A stretch of 63,849 bases of DNA, counting the filler, from Olpidium bornovanus S191 (lineage: Eukaryota > Fungi > Olpidiomycota), in assembly GCA_017911155.1 (NCBI GenBank). It is 24 parts of 24 records of this genome, joined end to end, with 100 filler letters (N's around TTAATTAATTAA, not from the genome) between each part and the next. Parts side by side here need not be neighbours in the genome. Positions count along the whole stretch, not along the records: positions 45,940 to 50,354 come from JAEFCI010002072.1; positions 50,455 to 51,607 come from JAEFCI010007061.1; positions 51,708 to 56,241 come from JAEFCI010002576.1; positions 56,342 to 58,673 come from JAEFCI010008273.1; positions 58,774 to 60,235 come from JAEFCI010001074.1; 19 more parts are not named here. One strand, given 5' to 3'. Position 1 is the stretch's first letter, and each line of letters starts with the position of its first letter. The notes under the pieces were generated by a model. The model worked only from the letters and a program-made list of their open reading frames with translations, was not told the DNA's origin and made no database searches. Made by a program: the position numbers and the translations under genes. Shown here piece after piece: positions 46,941 through 59,567 of this stretch.

Positions 46941-49248
46941 TCACATCCCGAACTGGAAACCGCCCTGCGGGAGAGTGACGTTTTGGGCGTTGAACGCGAA
47001 GGCGCCGGTTGTGGAGTCAACCTGCGGGGAAGAGAGCTGGCTGTCATCCTCGTCATCTGCGAAGTACTTCTGGATAATACTGTACGACTTCGCATAAATC
47101 TCCTCGTTGTCGTGCATTTGCAGGTTGTGGATCTTCTCCATGCCGCCGGCCTCCTCAACGTACAGCGAGAATTGGTTGACGTTGTCGTTGGCTGCTTTCT
47201 CCTGTTCGCCCACCTTGAGGATGTTCTCCAGGCCGTCGAGCGCGACCTGAATGATCTTGTTGTCCATGCAGGTGAGCAGGTCGCACAGCGGCTTGATGCA
47301 ACCCTGCGCGACAAGATACTTGATCTGCGCAGGGTTTTGAAATGCCCCGGAGGTGGCGTTTGAGATGGCCCAACAAGCCTCCTTCTTCGACTTAAAGTCA
47401 CCCGTCTGCAGGATGTTTATGAGCGGGGGTATGATGTTGGCATCGATAACAGCCTGGATCTGCTCGCTGTTACCGGCAGTCACGTTGGAGATCGTCCAGC
47501 AGGCTTCCTTACGGATTGCCTCCTTGCTGCTACCAAGGAGGCTGAGAAGTGCAGGGAGCGCCCCGCAGTTGATCATTATCTGAGTTTGGACATCGTTGCC
47601 AGTAACGATGTTTCCGACGGACCGCAAAGCCGGGGTTTGCACGAAGGAAGAAGGATACCTAAGCGCAAAATAGTGATGAAGCGTCAGGTTTCTCCGGGAT
47701 ACGAAGTATTAGGACGAAGCCACATTGAGCAACATACATAAGGAGTTCAACCAGCCGGCGGCAAACGCCTGACTCCACGACGGCCTGAATATTCTCGTTC
47801 TTGCCGTCGGAAAGATAGGAAATAGCCCAGCAGGCGTCAGTAAGTACCTCGTTGTCTTCTGCGTGCACGAGCTTCGCGAGAACGGGTAGAACAGGGGAAA
47901 TCTGCGACCAGACAAATGACTTAGTCAGATCGACGTTGTAGTGCATAGCCGGGACGCTTGCAGGTACTCCTTACTATGTTCCAATCCGGCTGAGGGCTCT
48001 TGCCCCTACAGAGGTTGGAAAGAGTCCAGGTGGCGTTCCGGATCATTGATATCTTGTGGTTTTCGTTTAGCAGCCTCAGGAGCGGAGGAAGTACGCCAGC
48101 CTGAAGAACAATGTCGCGGCAATTCGGGTTGTCTCCAGCGATATTTCCAAGTGCCCACACGGCCTGCAATCATTCCAGATCAATAATTCCCGTCAGGGCA
48201 ACAATGCTCGAATGAGCCCAAAAGCGTGAGGAGCAATTGGAAAACTTCACAAAGCCCGGCGGGGAGACGCTGTCCCACCTGTTCGCGAACATCCGCGACG
48301 CTGCTGCTAAGGAGTTCGATAAACAGCGGAACGGCACCTTCGTTAATTACTGTCTGCGTCTGCGAAGACGAACCCGACGCGATGTTGGTGAGGGCCCATG
48401 CAGCCTCGAACTGGACGACTGAGTGGGGCGAGCGGAGGAACTCGACGAAACGAGGCACGATGCCGCAGTTGATGACCTCCTCTATTGGCGGATTGCGCTC
48501 CTTCGATAGCAGCTTGCGGAATTTGGTGGTTGCCTGCAGCTGTTCTTCGACGTTGTTCGAATACACTCCGTTGAAAAGGCCGGGAAGCGTCTCTGCGAGC
48601 TAGACTCACGGAAGGGCGCAGGCAAGCCGCGCCAGTTAGCGGTCCGTAAGACAAAATCTCGGGCAGCGAGAAACCACAGGGGCCTCCCGAAAATTTGCAA
48701 ACAGCGGCTCCGGCGTGTTTGATGCGCGTCAAAGTCAAAAGCACGTCAAAAACGTTCAGTAGAACGGATCCTTAACGAGTACTGTCGTGTCGCGCTCAAG
48801 GACTGGACCCGCCCGCCTCCGAAGCGGTTTCAGAGCCGAAAACAGCGGGGGTGGAAGGTTGTCCATCTTCTTCTCCCCTTCCTTCCTTCCTTCGGTGCCC
48901 CAATCCGCTGCGGACTTGGAAGCCCCCCGCGGGCGTCCGGCCGAAAGCCGCAGCACGCGCCACAAACAACACACAAATGCCAAAAAATAATTGTTGTGCA
49001 CGCGGAGAGTCTGCCAGGGTTTTACAGCGGTAGCGAACGCAACGGACCTCCTGGGAGCCGGAATCCTCCTCGGCGTCCGAAGCGAAGGACTGCGCGGCGG
49101 CAGAGTCGAAGGCGAGGTTCCTGCGCTTTGAAATGTTCTCCTCTCGCTTTTGCCTGCGTATCTCAACGTTCTGCTCCTCCCTCCTCCTCCGCAGCTCGTC
49201 CTGGTTGAACGCGCCCTTGGCCTTGTAGTTCGCACGGCGGCTGTCCAT
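46941..49248 (-). CDS. SRP1: Importin alpha (complete, multi-exon)
   Basis: IBB domain [31 protein letters not shown] repeats ([39 protein letters not shown]), C-terminal GGFQFGM. Confidence 0.98.
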
Positions 49249-49776
49249 GGCCGAGGTGTTCGAACGGAGGGCCCCCGCAAGGACGTTTCTTTTTTTTTTC
49301 CCTTTAATGCGCGGGGAAAAAAAAAATCTCCGTTTGCTTTCCCCGCCGCCCCTTGCTTTCCCCACGTGGAAAGCCCCACGCCATCCATCTCCAAGGACAG
49401 AACCGGAAGCTGGAGGCCCTCTGGGAGAGAGAACCCCGGAACGGAACGTACGACATCACCGTGCAGGAATCTCGCAGACCTGCAATCGATGATGATGATG
49501 TGCATTGGGAAACGTTGGAAAACAAGATAGCTTTCCAGTACAGCACTGCGGACAGTTCTGCATGGACCCAGATCGAGTTGGCGCACGCTCTGAGACGTTT
49601 CCGTGGTTTGTTAAATATCTCCGGCGAGAGGTTTCCTTGGTAAGGACTGTTCAAGAACAGCTAGTCATAGGGCTCTTGTAGATAGAGAGGATACACAGTA
49701 ATAGCAAAGCAGCTGTCTTTTGCTCGTGTCCCCTAACAAATACTTCGCGGTTTCTGCTATACAATAGTACCTTATA

Positions 49777-49833
49777 AACTGTTACTTCCACCGTAAGCAA
49801 CTGTTGCTTCCATCGTAAGCAACTGTTGCTTCC
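49777..49833. repeat. 22-bp tandem repeat with internal palindrome, 2.6 copies
   Basis: AACTGTT(A/G)CTTCCA(C/T)CGTAAGC; junctions give AAGCAA-CTG-TTGCTT. Confidence 0.85.
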
Positions 49834-51707
49834 GCAATTGGCGGATCCCACGAACCGCGTTTTGCCATGGCCATGACCGTTGCCACCGCCCGTGCCCTCA
49901 AACGGACGAGTGGATCCTCCGGAACGGAAGGAGAGCCGCGCGGGAGTGAGGGAAGGGGGGTCCCCGCTTGGAATGTACAGTACACAAGGGGTTGGATGAC
50001 CGGTATAGCTTCCCTGTGATGGGGGGCGGATGGGGGGGAAATGTGGGGGCGGAGGATCGCTCGTAACGCAGGGAACGGTTTTTCCGGTCGTGCCGCGGCT
50101 GCACTTGATGAAGACACCAGCCGACCTTAGTCAGAACGGCAGAGATTTGGCAATCCGGTCCGCCGCCCCGGTACCGCCAGTAGTTGCGCAGAGCGCCCCC
50201 AGGACGGCGACGTCAACCCGCGCAGATCTAACCCGCATGCCGTTGCCCGCCACGTTTGTTGGCGCCTGGCGCGGCGACATCGCCGGCGAATTAGGGAGGG
50301 AGCCAAAATTCGAGCGCGGGATCCGCTGGTCGTTTGCAATTCCGAGGGCCAGCGNNNNNNNNNNNNNNNNNNNNNNNNNNNNNNNNNNNNNNNNNNNNTT
50401 AATTAATTAANNNNNNNNNNNNNNNNNNNNNNNNNNNNNNNNNNNNNNNNNNNNCATGCATTTATGCCGTTGGGGAGAATTATTATGCGCACGGACTAAT
50501 TGTGCGGCCTATGCCGACGACATACTACTCGCCGGACCAGACGGCAAAGTCATCACCAAATTTTAAAAAACACTCGAAGACAAAGTTTAAGATGTCCGAG
50601 GAAAGCGATCTCACGTGCATCCTTGGCGCGTGGGCGACCCTGGCTAGTGATAGATCACGAACGCTAGGCCACGGGCATTTTGCCATTGAGCTGCCAAGCA
50701 ATTTTGATATGCTTGACGACCAAGCCTGTTTCTGCTCCTCTGGTAAGCGGCAGCATTTAGGCCGTATCGACAATGCCGGCATGCGACGCAGAGAATTGAG
50801 ACGAATTGCTGCGCAGAGGTGACACCTCGCGCCGAACACGCGATGTTCGCTTCTCGCCGTCGGAGAGCAAATTCTCTTGGGTAAGCCCGGCGCGCCCCTT
50901 CTACCGTGCGCCGATCCGCGGAATCGTTAGCGGCACAGGGTCTGCCGCGGGATCGGCTCTCGCCGGATTTCGCGACGGAATCGGCGCCCTGAGTTCAACC
51001 GCAGGATCGGCTGCGGAATTCACGACGAAATTAGGCGCAGGATCTAGCAGGGTTCGCTGATGACCAAAGCTTTGCGCTTTGGGGGGGAGGGAGGGGGGGG
51101 AGGAAAGAAATTCCCGACAGAACGCAAAGTCCGTTTCCGTCCTCTTCCGCCGGCTTCCCTGGCCCCCCATCTGGCCCGGCTCCACAACTTTTCTTTTTCC
51201 TCGGGAGCTTGGGCCGCCCCGCGCAGTAGGCCTCCATTCATCCGGTGTGGTTCCAGATCGCCCCGAAGTCGGGTCAGGCCTCCATTCACGTGCGGTTTTT
51301 TTCTTAAAAAAAGGAAAGAGGCGTGGGAAGTTTGTATGTACAACTGGTATATGCGAAGCTGTCTATATCGCCCTGAGAATTAGGGCGCGCGGTCGTCGTG
51401 TGCAGGGTAGAGCCCAGCTTGTATGAAAGAGCGTCACCGCGCGAAAAGGCCCGCGCCCGCCCGTGGCGCGGGAGTGACAGGAAAATCATGCGGAAAAAAA
51501 TTGGGGGTTTCTTTCCTGGTGCCGAAAACTACTCCAAGTTTGGGCCAGTGTAAAAGCAGAGAATTCGTCCGCAGTTATCTGTGCGAATAATGGTGGCGTC
51601 CTCCCTCNNNNNNNNNNNNNNNNNNNNNNNNNNNNNNNNNNNNNNNNNNNNTTAATTAATTAANNNNNNNNNNNNNNNNNNNNNNNNNNNNNNNNNNNNN
51701 NNNNNNN

Positions 51708-53676
51708 CATGTGGCCCGATGTGGCCAAGTTTATGGGGGTCGCCGCGACGGAGAACGCGGACGACGCTCAGTAAGCCTGCTTCATTTGATTTTTGCCTTC
51801 TTTGCTTCGTCGTTGGACCTTTTTGCCAACCCACAGACTGCAGACTCTATTTTGCGGTTCTCCTGCCAAGTGTTCCCGACTAAGTTATTTCTTGGCGTAT
51901 TACGATAATCGTCTCTCGGTGCCAGACCACCGACCTCCATCTACGCCGTGAGGGAGCTCGTGTCCCGGCCCGAGGTCTTCTACACCGGACAGATCTCGCG
52001 CGCCGGTAGCATTGTCAACGCCAATGTCCACGACCAGAAGAACCCCTTCCTGGCCCGCGTGGCTCTGACGCGCGAGCTCTTTGCGGCCTCTTCGCGCCGC
52101 CATTGCGTACACGTTGAGATCGATCTGACGGGCTCGCTTCTAACGTACGAGGCCGGGGATCACCTGGCGATATATCCGATCAACCCCAAGACTGAGGCCG
52201 AGAAATTGGCAAGGGCGCTGGGGTTGTGGGACAAGAAAGACACGTTCGTCATGATCGAAGCCGTGGATGGTGAGCTTCTTTTGTTTTCGTTCAACTTGTG
52301 GCCAACATGGGCGCCACGTGTCCTCCATTCCCGGCCCGCGCTCTCGTTTACCCGTGCGCCCTCTCCCGTCCAGCGACCGCCGCGAAAAAGCATCCTTTCC
52401 CGGTCCCGTCCACGTACGACACGATTCTTCGCCACTACCTTGACATCACCCGCGTTCCGACGCGCGACCTCCTCGCTATCTTGGCATCGTTCTTTCCCGC
52501 GGGAAGTCCTGCACGAGCCCATCTAGCGAAGCTTGCTTTGGACAAGTTGGAACATGAGCGTGTTTGCGTTCACGACCGGCTGATGCTTGGAGAAATCTTG
52601 CAAATTGTCGAAACGATGGAGGGCGGAGCTGGCCTGAAAGATCTTCCGCTGTTCCCCGCAATCGTCGAGGGATTGGGACGCTTGCAGCCAAGGTATTACA
52701 GCATCAGTTCGAGCCCAAAGGTAAACAGAAAACCAAAAAAAAGGATAGCGTGAAGGGTGAGTTGTTCTTTTGGCAGTAATGTGCTGAGCCAAACCCCATT
52801 TTTCCTTAGCTTTATCCCAAAATGGTTCATGTGACGGCAAGCGTATTGCAGTACAATTCTCTCGTTAAACCTGAGCGGACGCTGTACGGCATATGCACGA
52901 ATTATCTCCTGGCGATCCATGATATGCTCTCGAAAGGAGAACTGGCCGAGGACACCGAGCAGCACGCACTCTATTCCCTCCAACCGGCGGGAATGAAAGT
53001 GGAGGACGTGCCCCACCGCGAGGTGCGCATACCCGTGTTCCTGCGCCGGTCCAACTTCAAGCTGCCCAGCGATCCGAAGCTTCCGATCATTATGGTCGGA
53101 CCCGGCACAGGAGTGGCCCCGTTTCGCGGGTTTATCCAGGAACGCCAGTGGCAGCGGCGGCAGGGCATAGAGGTCGGGCCGACGCTTCTGTTCTTTGGTT
53201 GTAGGCGAAGCGACGAGGACTACCTGTACCGGGAGGAGTGGCTGGAGGCGATGGGCGAGATCAACCCGGAGTCGTACACGTACACTTCGCCGGCCCTGCC
53301 TTCCGCTCGGCCGCGGAAGGGACGAGATGCGGAAACAGGCGCGTCGAAAGCGTCGGACAACGGCGACGGGCTGGCCGTGAGCGAAAACAAGGCGGCGGAC
53401 GCGGCGGTGTTCGTGGCCTTTTCGCGAGAGGACCCGCAGCACAAGCACTACGTGCAGCACAGGCTGGCCGAAATGGGCGCGCGTGTGTGGACGCTGCTCG
53501 GTCCCGGCGGTGGTTCGTTTTACGTGTGCGGCGACGCCAAGTACATGGCTCACGACGTGCACGCTACCCTCAAGAGCATCGCCAGCACCGAGGGCGGCAT
53601 GAGCGCGGAGGATGCCGAGAAGTGGGTCAAGGACTTGAGGGCCATGGGACGGTACATGGAGGATGTATGGGCGTGA
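51708..53676 (+). CDS. NCP1: NADPH-cytochrome P450 reductase (FMN domain lost upstream)
   Basis: KNPFLA...RELF, CVHVEIDL, YEAGDHLAIYP, RLQPRYYSISSSP, GICTNYL, IMVGPGTGVAPFRGFIQER, FYVCGDAKYMAHDV, RYMEDVWA*. Confidence 0.96.
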
Positions 53677-54671
53677 AATGGAAGGGCCAAAAACGACCGC
53701 ATGTTTCAGTTAAATTCCCGCCATTTTTTTCTTTTTTTTTTAGTTATTTATTTTCTTTTTGTTGGTTCCATGGTTTTTTTTTTGAGGTGTTACCTGTAGG
53801 CAACATTTTCATATCATTACAAAGTTTCCGATGATAACTGCCTCAGCGAAGTCACTTAGTGATTGGCCGGAAAGCCCATGCTGGCCAGAACGGGTTTACG
53901 CTGAGATTTGCTTGTTGTGTGGTATGTTATTTATTTTTAATTTATTTTTTTTTTTGTGGGGTGGGGAAGGGGGGCGGGGGACAATAGTTGTTACCTGAAC
54001 ACCCGATCTCCCCGGTGTCGAGCTCCCGTGCGACTTGTGCACCTGTTAAGTTTTTGTGACTTCAAGCGGAGGGAGCGAGAGAGATGGCGAGAGAGGGATC
54101 TTCTTACAGAAGGCACCTTCCCGGCAGGTTCTGCCTTGAGGCTCACAGCTCGGGCCTGCACTCTCGGGGCGCCGTTTACCGGGGACGGTCGGGACCGTTA
54201 AACGCTTTTTTTTGGAGGGAGGGGGGGAAGGGGGGGGGGGGGGGTAATGTTGGAGGGGAAGGCGAACGCAGCGTACGCCGCGAGCCCGTAAGAACGCGAA
54301 GGAAAGAGAAAGTTGTATTCGGGATTTGGGTTTACTAGTTTCCCCTGGGCTTATTTAATATGATGTGGTAGATGTCCTTGCCGTGCTGAGAAACAAGGAG
54401 AAAAAGAACGAAAGCGATCACAGCGGGTGTGCCTTTTGTTGCTGATGGAACATCAGAGAATGCGCCGAACTTTGTCAGAACAAATACAACCGGGGCACGC
54501 AGCATGTGGGGATCGAATGAAGAGAGAGAAGAATTCAGGAAAAAGGCGAACGCCATGTGTGTGATGCGCGCGCGCGTGCCTCGGGCCCCGTCCGGGACCG
54601 CCGCCACCGGCACCCTTGCGGACCAGGGTCACGTGACCCGGACACAACCCCCCGCAATAAACCCCCGAGCT

Positions 54672-54703
<32 letters not shown>

Positions 54704-55429
54704 CCCCCCCCCCCCCCCCCCCCCCCAAACCCCCCCCCCCCCCCCCCCCCCCCCCCCGGAAACCCCGCGTGTGCAGCCCGCCCGCCAACGCACTCCGCGA
54801 CGAAACCCGCGAGGGGACAAGCGAGGCGGAGGGGCCAACCAGCAACCCTGGGCGCCGACCGCGGAACGGCTCGCGCGGTGTGCCCCATCGGAGAAGACGA
54901 TAGCAGGACGGAAACCGCGCGGGCGCCTGTGAAGCACTGCTTGACCCAGCGTGGCGCTCAGCGCGCGCAGTGGCATAAATAGCGCCCGTCCCTTCCCTTT
55001 CCCGTTGTACCTCACTTGTTCCCTCGGCTTGCCCGTCCACCCGTACTTTACCTTACTTTCGCTCGTGTACCTTACACGTAGTCAACTCGAAACTTGAATA
55101 CAACGTCTCGTATTTCGCGACCTCCTTCGGCTAAAGAACCTGACCGCGACTAAAGAAGTGCAACCCCACAGTACAATGTGTGCTGGACGTTTACCCCTAA
55201 TCCGGACGGCTCGCTGCTTGTGGCATTTTGGTTGGGAGAAGAACTTCCAAACGGGCCATCTTCAAGTGTCGATCAGAAGGCTAGAGGCTAACTCCCGGCC
55301 AGGCAATTTACGCCCGTTTCGAGAGTTTTTCTCGAGAGAAATACCCCGTGGCGACCAACGTGGCCTGGATCGAACGAAGCCCATTGTAACTAGTGAAGTA
55401 CCTAATCTGCGCAATGCACTATCTGGAGA

Positions 55430-55873
55430 TTGTATTTCACGAGTCTAGCTCTGGAATCTGGGTCTATTTGGAGTTCTAGTTCTGGGTTTGTTGTTATTCT
55501 GGATCTTGATCTTGTTCTCTATGTCTAAAGATACGTAGGGCATAGGCGCTTTATATAGGCGCGGCCTACTGCCGGCGCCAGCGCGGTTATGCGAGGTGCG
55601 TTCCAGAGTGTGCACTTGTACCGGTGCGCAATACCGTGCCGGTGCACAATATCCAGTATTGCGGCTCTGGTACTGGCATCAGGCTCGGGAATATTCCGCA
55701 ATATCTGATATTGTGGCTCTGATACTGGCGTCAGGCTCAGAAATATTCGGCAATATTTCGGAAGCCACAGCGTGGTGGGAATTCACCGATGTTACGGCTC
55801 TACCGCCACTAGGCTGGCGCGCGCTATACACACCGTTCTTGATCTTGGTCTAGGTCTGGATGGTCACGTGACA
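55430..55873 (-). mobile_element. LTR-like segment
   Basis: Minus strand begins TGTCAC, has ~47-bp internal direct repeats (55640-55760), a TATATAAAG box (~55550) and an AGATC/TCTAG-rich tail. Inner boundary uncertain. Confidence 0.45.
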
Positions 55874-56341
55874 TCGCGACTAGACACACTGGTGTGTCGT
55901 GGTCTCGGCGATTCCAAAGTCACGTGATCGGCCCTCGGCAGGCTGCCCTCCGAGAGGGGTTTGACACAGCCCGAGAGGGGTTTGACGCCGTCGTAGCGGG
56001 CGCCGTGACACCCATCCGATTTTTCGACGAATTTGGAGTTTATGGAATAACTTTTTTGCCAGTGTCTCAGAAACCTCGCCGGTAACTTTCCGCCAAATGT
56101 TCCGTCGGACAGGAAAGGCACATGCCACTGCCAGTGCATCAGATGCATATTGTGGCCGGCGACCCTCTTCTGCCGGCGCAGTACTACTGGCACTGCGTAG
56201 AAGTTTTGATCAAAATCCTGCTTGGATGGGATATGAAAAAGNNNNNNNNNNNNNNNNNNNNNNNNNNNNNNNNNNNNNNNNNNNNTTAATTAATTAANNN
56301 NNNNNNNNNNNNNNNNNNNNNNNNNNNNNNNNNNNNNNNNN

Positions 56342-56926
56342 CATGTCGCAAAAAAAAGAAGATTCGCAAATCGCATAAAAGAGAAGATCTGCACGTCGCA
56401 AAAAAAGAAGATTCGCACGTCGCAAAAAAAAGCAGATTCGCAAATCGCAAAAAAAAGAAGATTCGCACGTTGCAAAAAAAGAAGATTTTGGTTCGCACGT
56501 CGCAAAAAAAGAAGATTTGCACGTCGCAAAAATCGCAAAAAAAAAGATTCGCACGTCGCAAAAATCGCAAAAAAAGAAAATTCGCACGTCGCAAAAATTG
56601 CAAAAAAAAAGAAGATTCGCACGTCGCATAAAAAAGAAGATTGGCACGTCGCAAAAAAAAAAAAGATTCGCACGTCGCAAAAAAAAGAAGATTTGCACGG
56701 CCCAACAAAAAGAAGATTCGCACGCCGCAAAAAAAAAAAAGAAGATGCGCCGGTCGCAAAAAAAAAGAAAATGCGCCGGTCGCAAAAAAAAAAGAAGATA
56801 CGCCCGTCGCAAAAAAAAATGAAGATCCGCAGTCGCACAAAAAAAAGGGGATGTGCCTGTCACAAAAAAGAAGAAGAGCCTGTCAAACGAAGATGCGCCC
56901 GTCGCAAAAAAGAAGATTCGCACGTC
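56342..56926. repeat. ~25-bp minisatellite (over 20 imperfect copies)
   Basis: GCACGTCGCAAAAAAAAGAAGATTC units with variable A-tract. Confidence 0.93.
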
Positions 56927-57178
56927 ACGGCGGCGAGCGGCTGCGGCGTGAAAATTGAGCCCAAGCCAACTCTGACGGCCGACCCCGCAGTGCGGTCCCC
57001 GCAGCTGCCATCCCCGCCGCTCTGCCGTCTCCGCCGTCTCCGCTCTGCCCCTGCACCGTCGACGCTTCGCTCCGCCCCGGCACCGTCGACGCTTCCCTAT
57101 CGGCTTCGCTGCCGCTTTCCGGCCGCCGCCACCGCCTTCGCCGCCACTCGCCGCCGCTGCTCGCCGCAGCCGCCGCGG

Positions 57179-57915
57179 AGAAACCGCGACCATGGATGGC
57201 GTTGGCCAGCCTCCAGCCCCTCCGCAACGCCCTCAGCACCTTCCTTTCTTCCATTTTTCCTTGCGCGGTCGGGCGACCATGCCGACCATGGCGAAACCAT
57301 GGTTCCACCGCAACGACCCGTTTCACGGGTTTTCACCGCGCTAACATGGCTCGTGACTTGCATCCCTTGCAGCTTGACAGGGAAAGACCTAAACGAAGTG
57401 GTTTTCGACTCATTCTAAAGGCCTCAACGAGGCCTTTCGAACGAGCTTTGAACCGGCTTGGGTAGGTACCTTTGTGTCCCGCGGTATGGTTTCGAAGTCA
57501 GCCTCCATGTTCAAACAGTGCTAAAGGAGAAATCGCGACCATGGATGGCGTCGGCCAGCCTCCAGCACCTCCGCAACGCCCTCAGCAACGCCGTCCGCAA
57601 CGCCCTCCGCACCTTCCTTTCTTCCTTCCTCCTTGTACGGTCGGGCGACCATGGCGACCATGGCGACCACCATGCTTCGACCGCGGTGTCCCGTTTCACG
57701 GGTTTTCACCGCGCTAACATGGCTCGTGACTTGCATTCCTTGCAGCTTGACAGGGAAAGACCCAAACCAATTGATTTTAGACTCGTTTTAAAGGCCTCCC
57801 ATGAGGCCTTTCGAACGACCTTTGAACCGGCTTGGGTAGGTGCCTGTGTGTCTGGCGGTGTGGATTCAAAGTCGGCCTCCATTGTTCAAACCGTGCAAAA
57901 AGGAGAAAACGTGAC
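57179..57915. repeat. ~350-370-bp tandem repeat, two copies
   Basis: AGAAA(C/T)CGCGACCATGGATGGCG at 57179 and 57529, with shared CCCGTTTCACGGGTTTTCACCGCGCTAACATGGCTCGTGACTTGCAT blocks. Confidence 0.9.
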
Positions 57916-58199
57916 GTACCTCGGCCTCCAGAGCAGATAGAGAGACCTGCGGTTTTTTTTGGACGGTGTCTCGCGGAGTTGCTCACCTGCCTGACCTGTT
58001 CTCCTGTCTGTGCTGGTGCTGGGGTTGGGCCGGGGCACCGATTCAGGTGTTGAATCAATCACGTCTTTTTCGGAGAGGCGTTCCGTTTTGCTTCAAGCGG
58101 GTTTTCGGGGGGTTTCGGGCATTCGGCGGGAGGGAGTGCTGACGGAGAACTGCCCACCACCCACACCCACTCTCAACGGAAAAACGGAAAATACTTCGT

Positions 58200-58673
58200 T
58201 TCCACACCACCCCCAACTCGGATTTTACCTCCGGCAAGTGAGACAATCCCGGAAGCTTTTGAAACTCACCAGGCTTATAGTACTCACCGAGGGGTTTAAA
58301 AAAGCTAAAGTTCACGCTGATCTGACGACCGGTTCCCGAGAAAGCCACCGATTCAAGCGTTCCTACCACAATACCTAGTTTTCAAACCACCCCCGACGCT
58401 GATCTTACTACCAGCTGGTGAAACCAAAGCGGAAAATTGTGAAACTCGGCAGGCGCGTAGTACTCGACGAGGGCTTTCAAACGCGCCGAAGATCACGTTG
58501 ATCTGATTACAGGTTTCCGAAAATGCCACCGATTCAAGTGTTCTTACCACAACACTTAGTCTTCCCACGAGCCCCTGCAGTGATCTTACCAGCAGCAGGT
58601 GTGATCAAAGCTGAAAATTTTAAAACTCGGCAGGTTTATAGTACTCGATGAAAACTTTTTAGACACACTAAAG
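58200..58673. repeat. ~180-bp satellite, ~2.6 copies, running into the contig end
   Basis: TAGTACTC at 58278, 58458 and 58639; GCCACCGATTCAAG at ~58345 and ~58525. Confidence 0.88.
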
Positions 58674-59544
58674 NNNNNNNNNNNNNNNNNNNNNNNNNNN
58701 NNNNNNNNNNNNNNNNNTTAATTAATTAANNNNNNNNNNNNNNNNNNNNNNNNNNNNNNNNNNNNNNNNNNNNGTTCGCGTGCCACCGCTGCTGTTTGTG
58801 CGCCGCCGGCTGTACGCCCTCTTCGTCGATGCCCAGTATCATGCTGACGGGCCTTGGTACGCTCGCGATGCTAGGGCGTCGAAGGTGAACGCGGGGGGGG
58901 GGGGGGGGGGGGGGGGGGGGGTGAGAGCGGAGGAGGAGGAGGAGGAGTTGAGGGAGGGCGGGCCCGGGAGGGGCGGACGGAGGAGGGAGAAAGAAAGAAG
59001 GCGGGGAACGGAACTCTTCCCTCGACCCCCAGGGATGATGAATCTCTCTCGAGGGAAAAAAGAGAGAGACCCGCAGACGCTGCTCTCCGTCCGGGGGAAA
59101 GCTCTCGCCCGCGGGAGGACCTGCCGTCGGCCATTTGAAACATTTCTCTTACCTTTCTGACGAACGGTTTCTCTGCACACACACAAACAGTGATTTTTTT
59201 GACGCTGATTTTGAGTTCTTTTTGGGTTTTTTAATATAGTGACCTGTTTACATTTTATCCACCATCAAGAAAAAAAGTGTTTGCGTGATAGAATGGGTGA
59301 CCTCTTACACAATTCTATATCATCTGACCAAAAAAGGATGAAGGTAACAAACTCTCACCCCAGGAACCCGAGTAACCACTTGTAAAACAAAGTGCGGGAA
59401 AAAGGCCAAAATCAGAAAGTTGATTAATGGTAACTCTGATTTTAGGATAATATCCTTTGGTGCAGCTCAAAGTGCTTCAGTCATATTTTGCGGCTGCGAG
59501 TTACCAGGAGCCAGGAAATTGGCAAATCCGCAAATGACACACAA

Positions 59545-59567
59545 AGACACACACACACACACACACG
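59545..59567. repeat. (CA)n microsatellite
   Basis: Direct reading. Confidence 0.9.

Noticed and set aside
51057-51110. Hammerhead ribozyme (CTGATGA followed by a perfect 7-bp hairpin)
   Set aside because: The stem is followed by G-runs rather than the required GAAA, and no stems I/III or cleavage triplet can be formed.
56342-56926. Possible CRISPR array
   Set aside because: Units are contiguous and degenerate with no unique spacers, no cas genes are present, and the context is eukaryotic.
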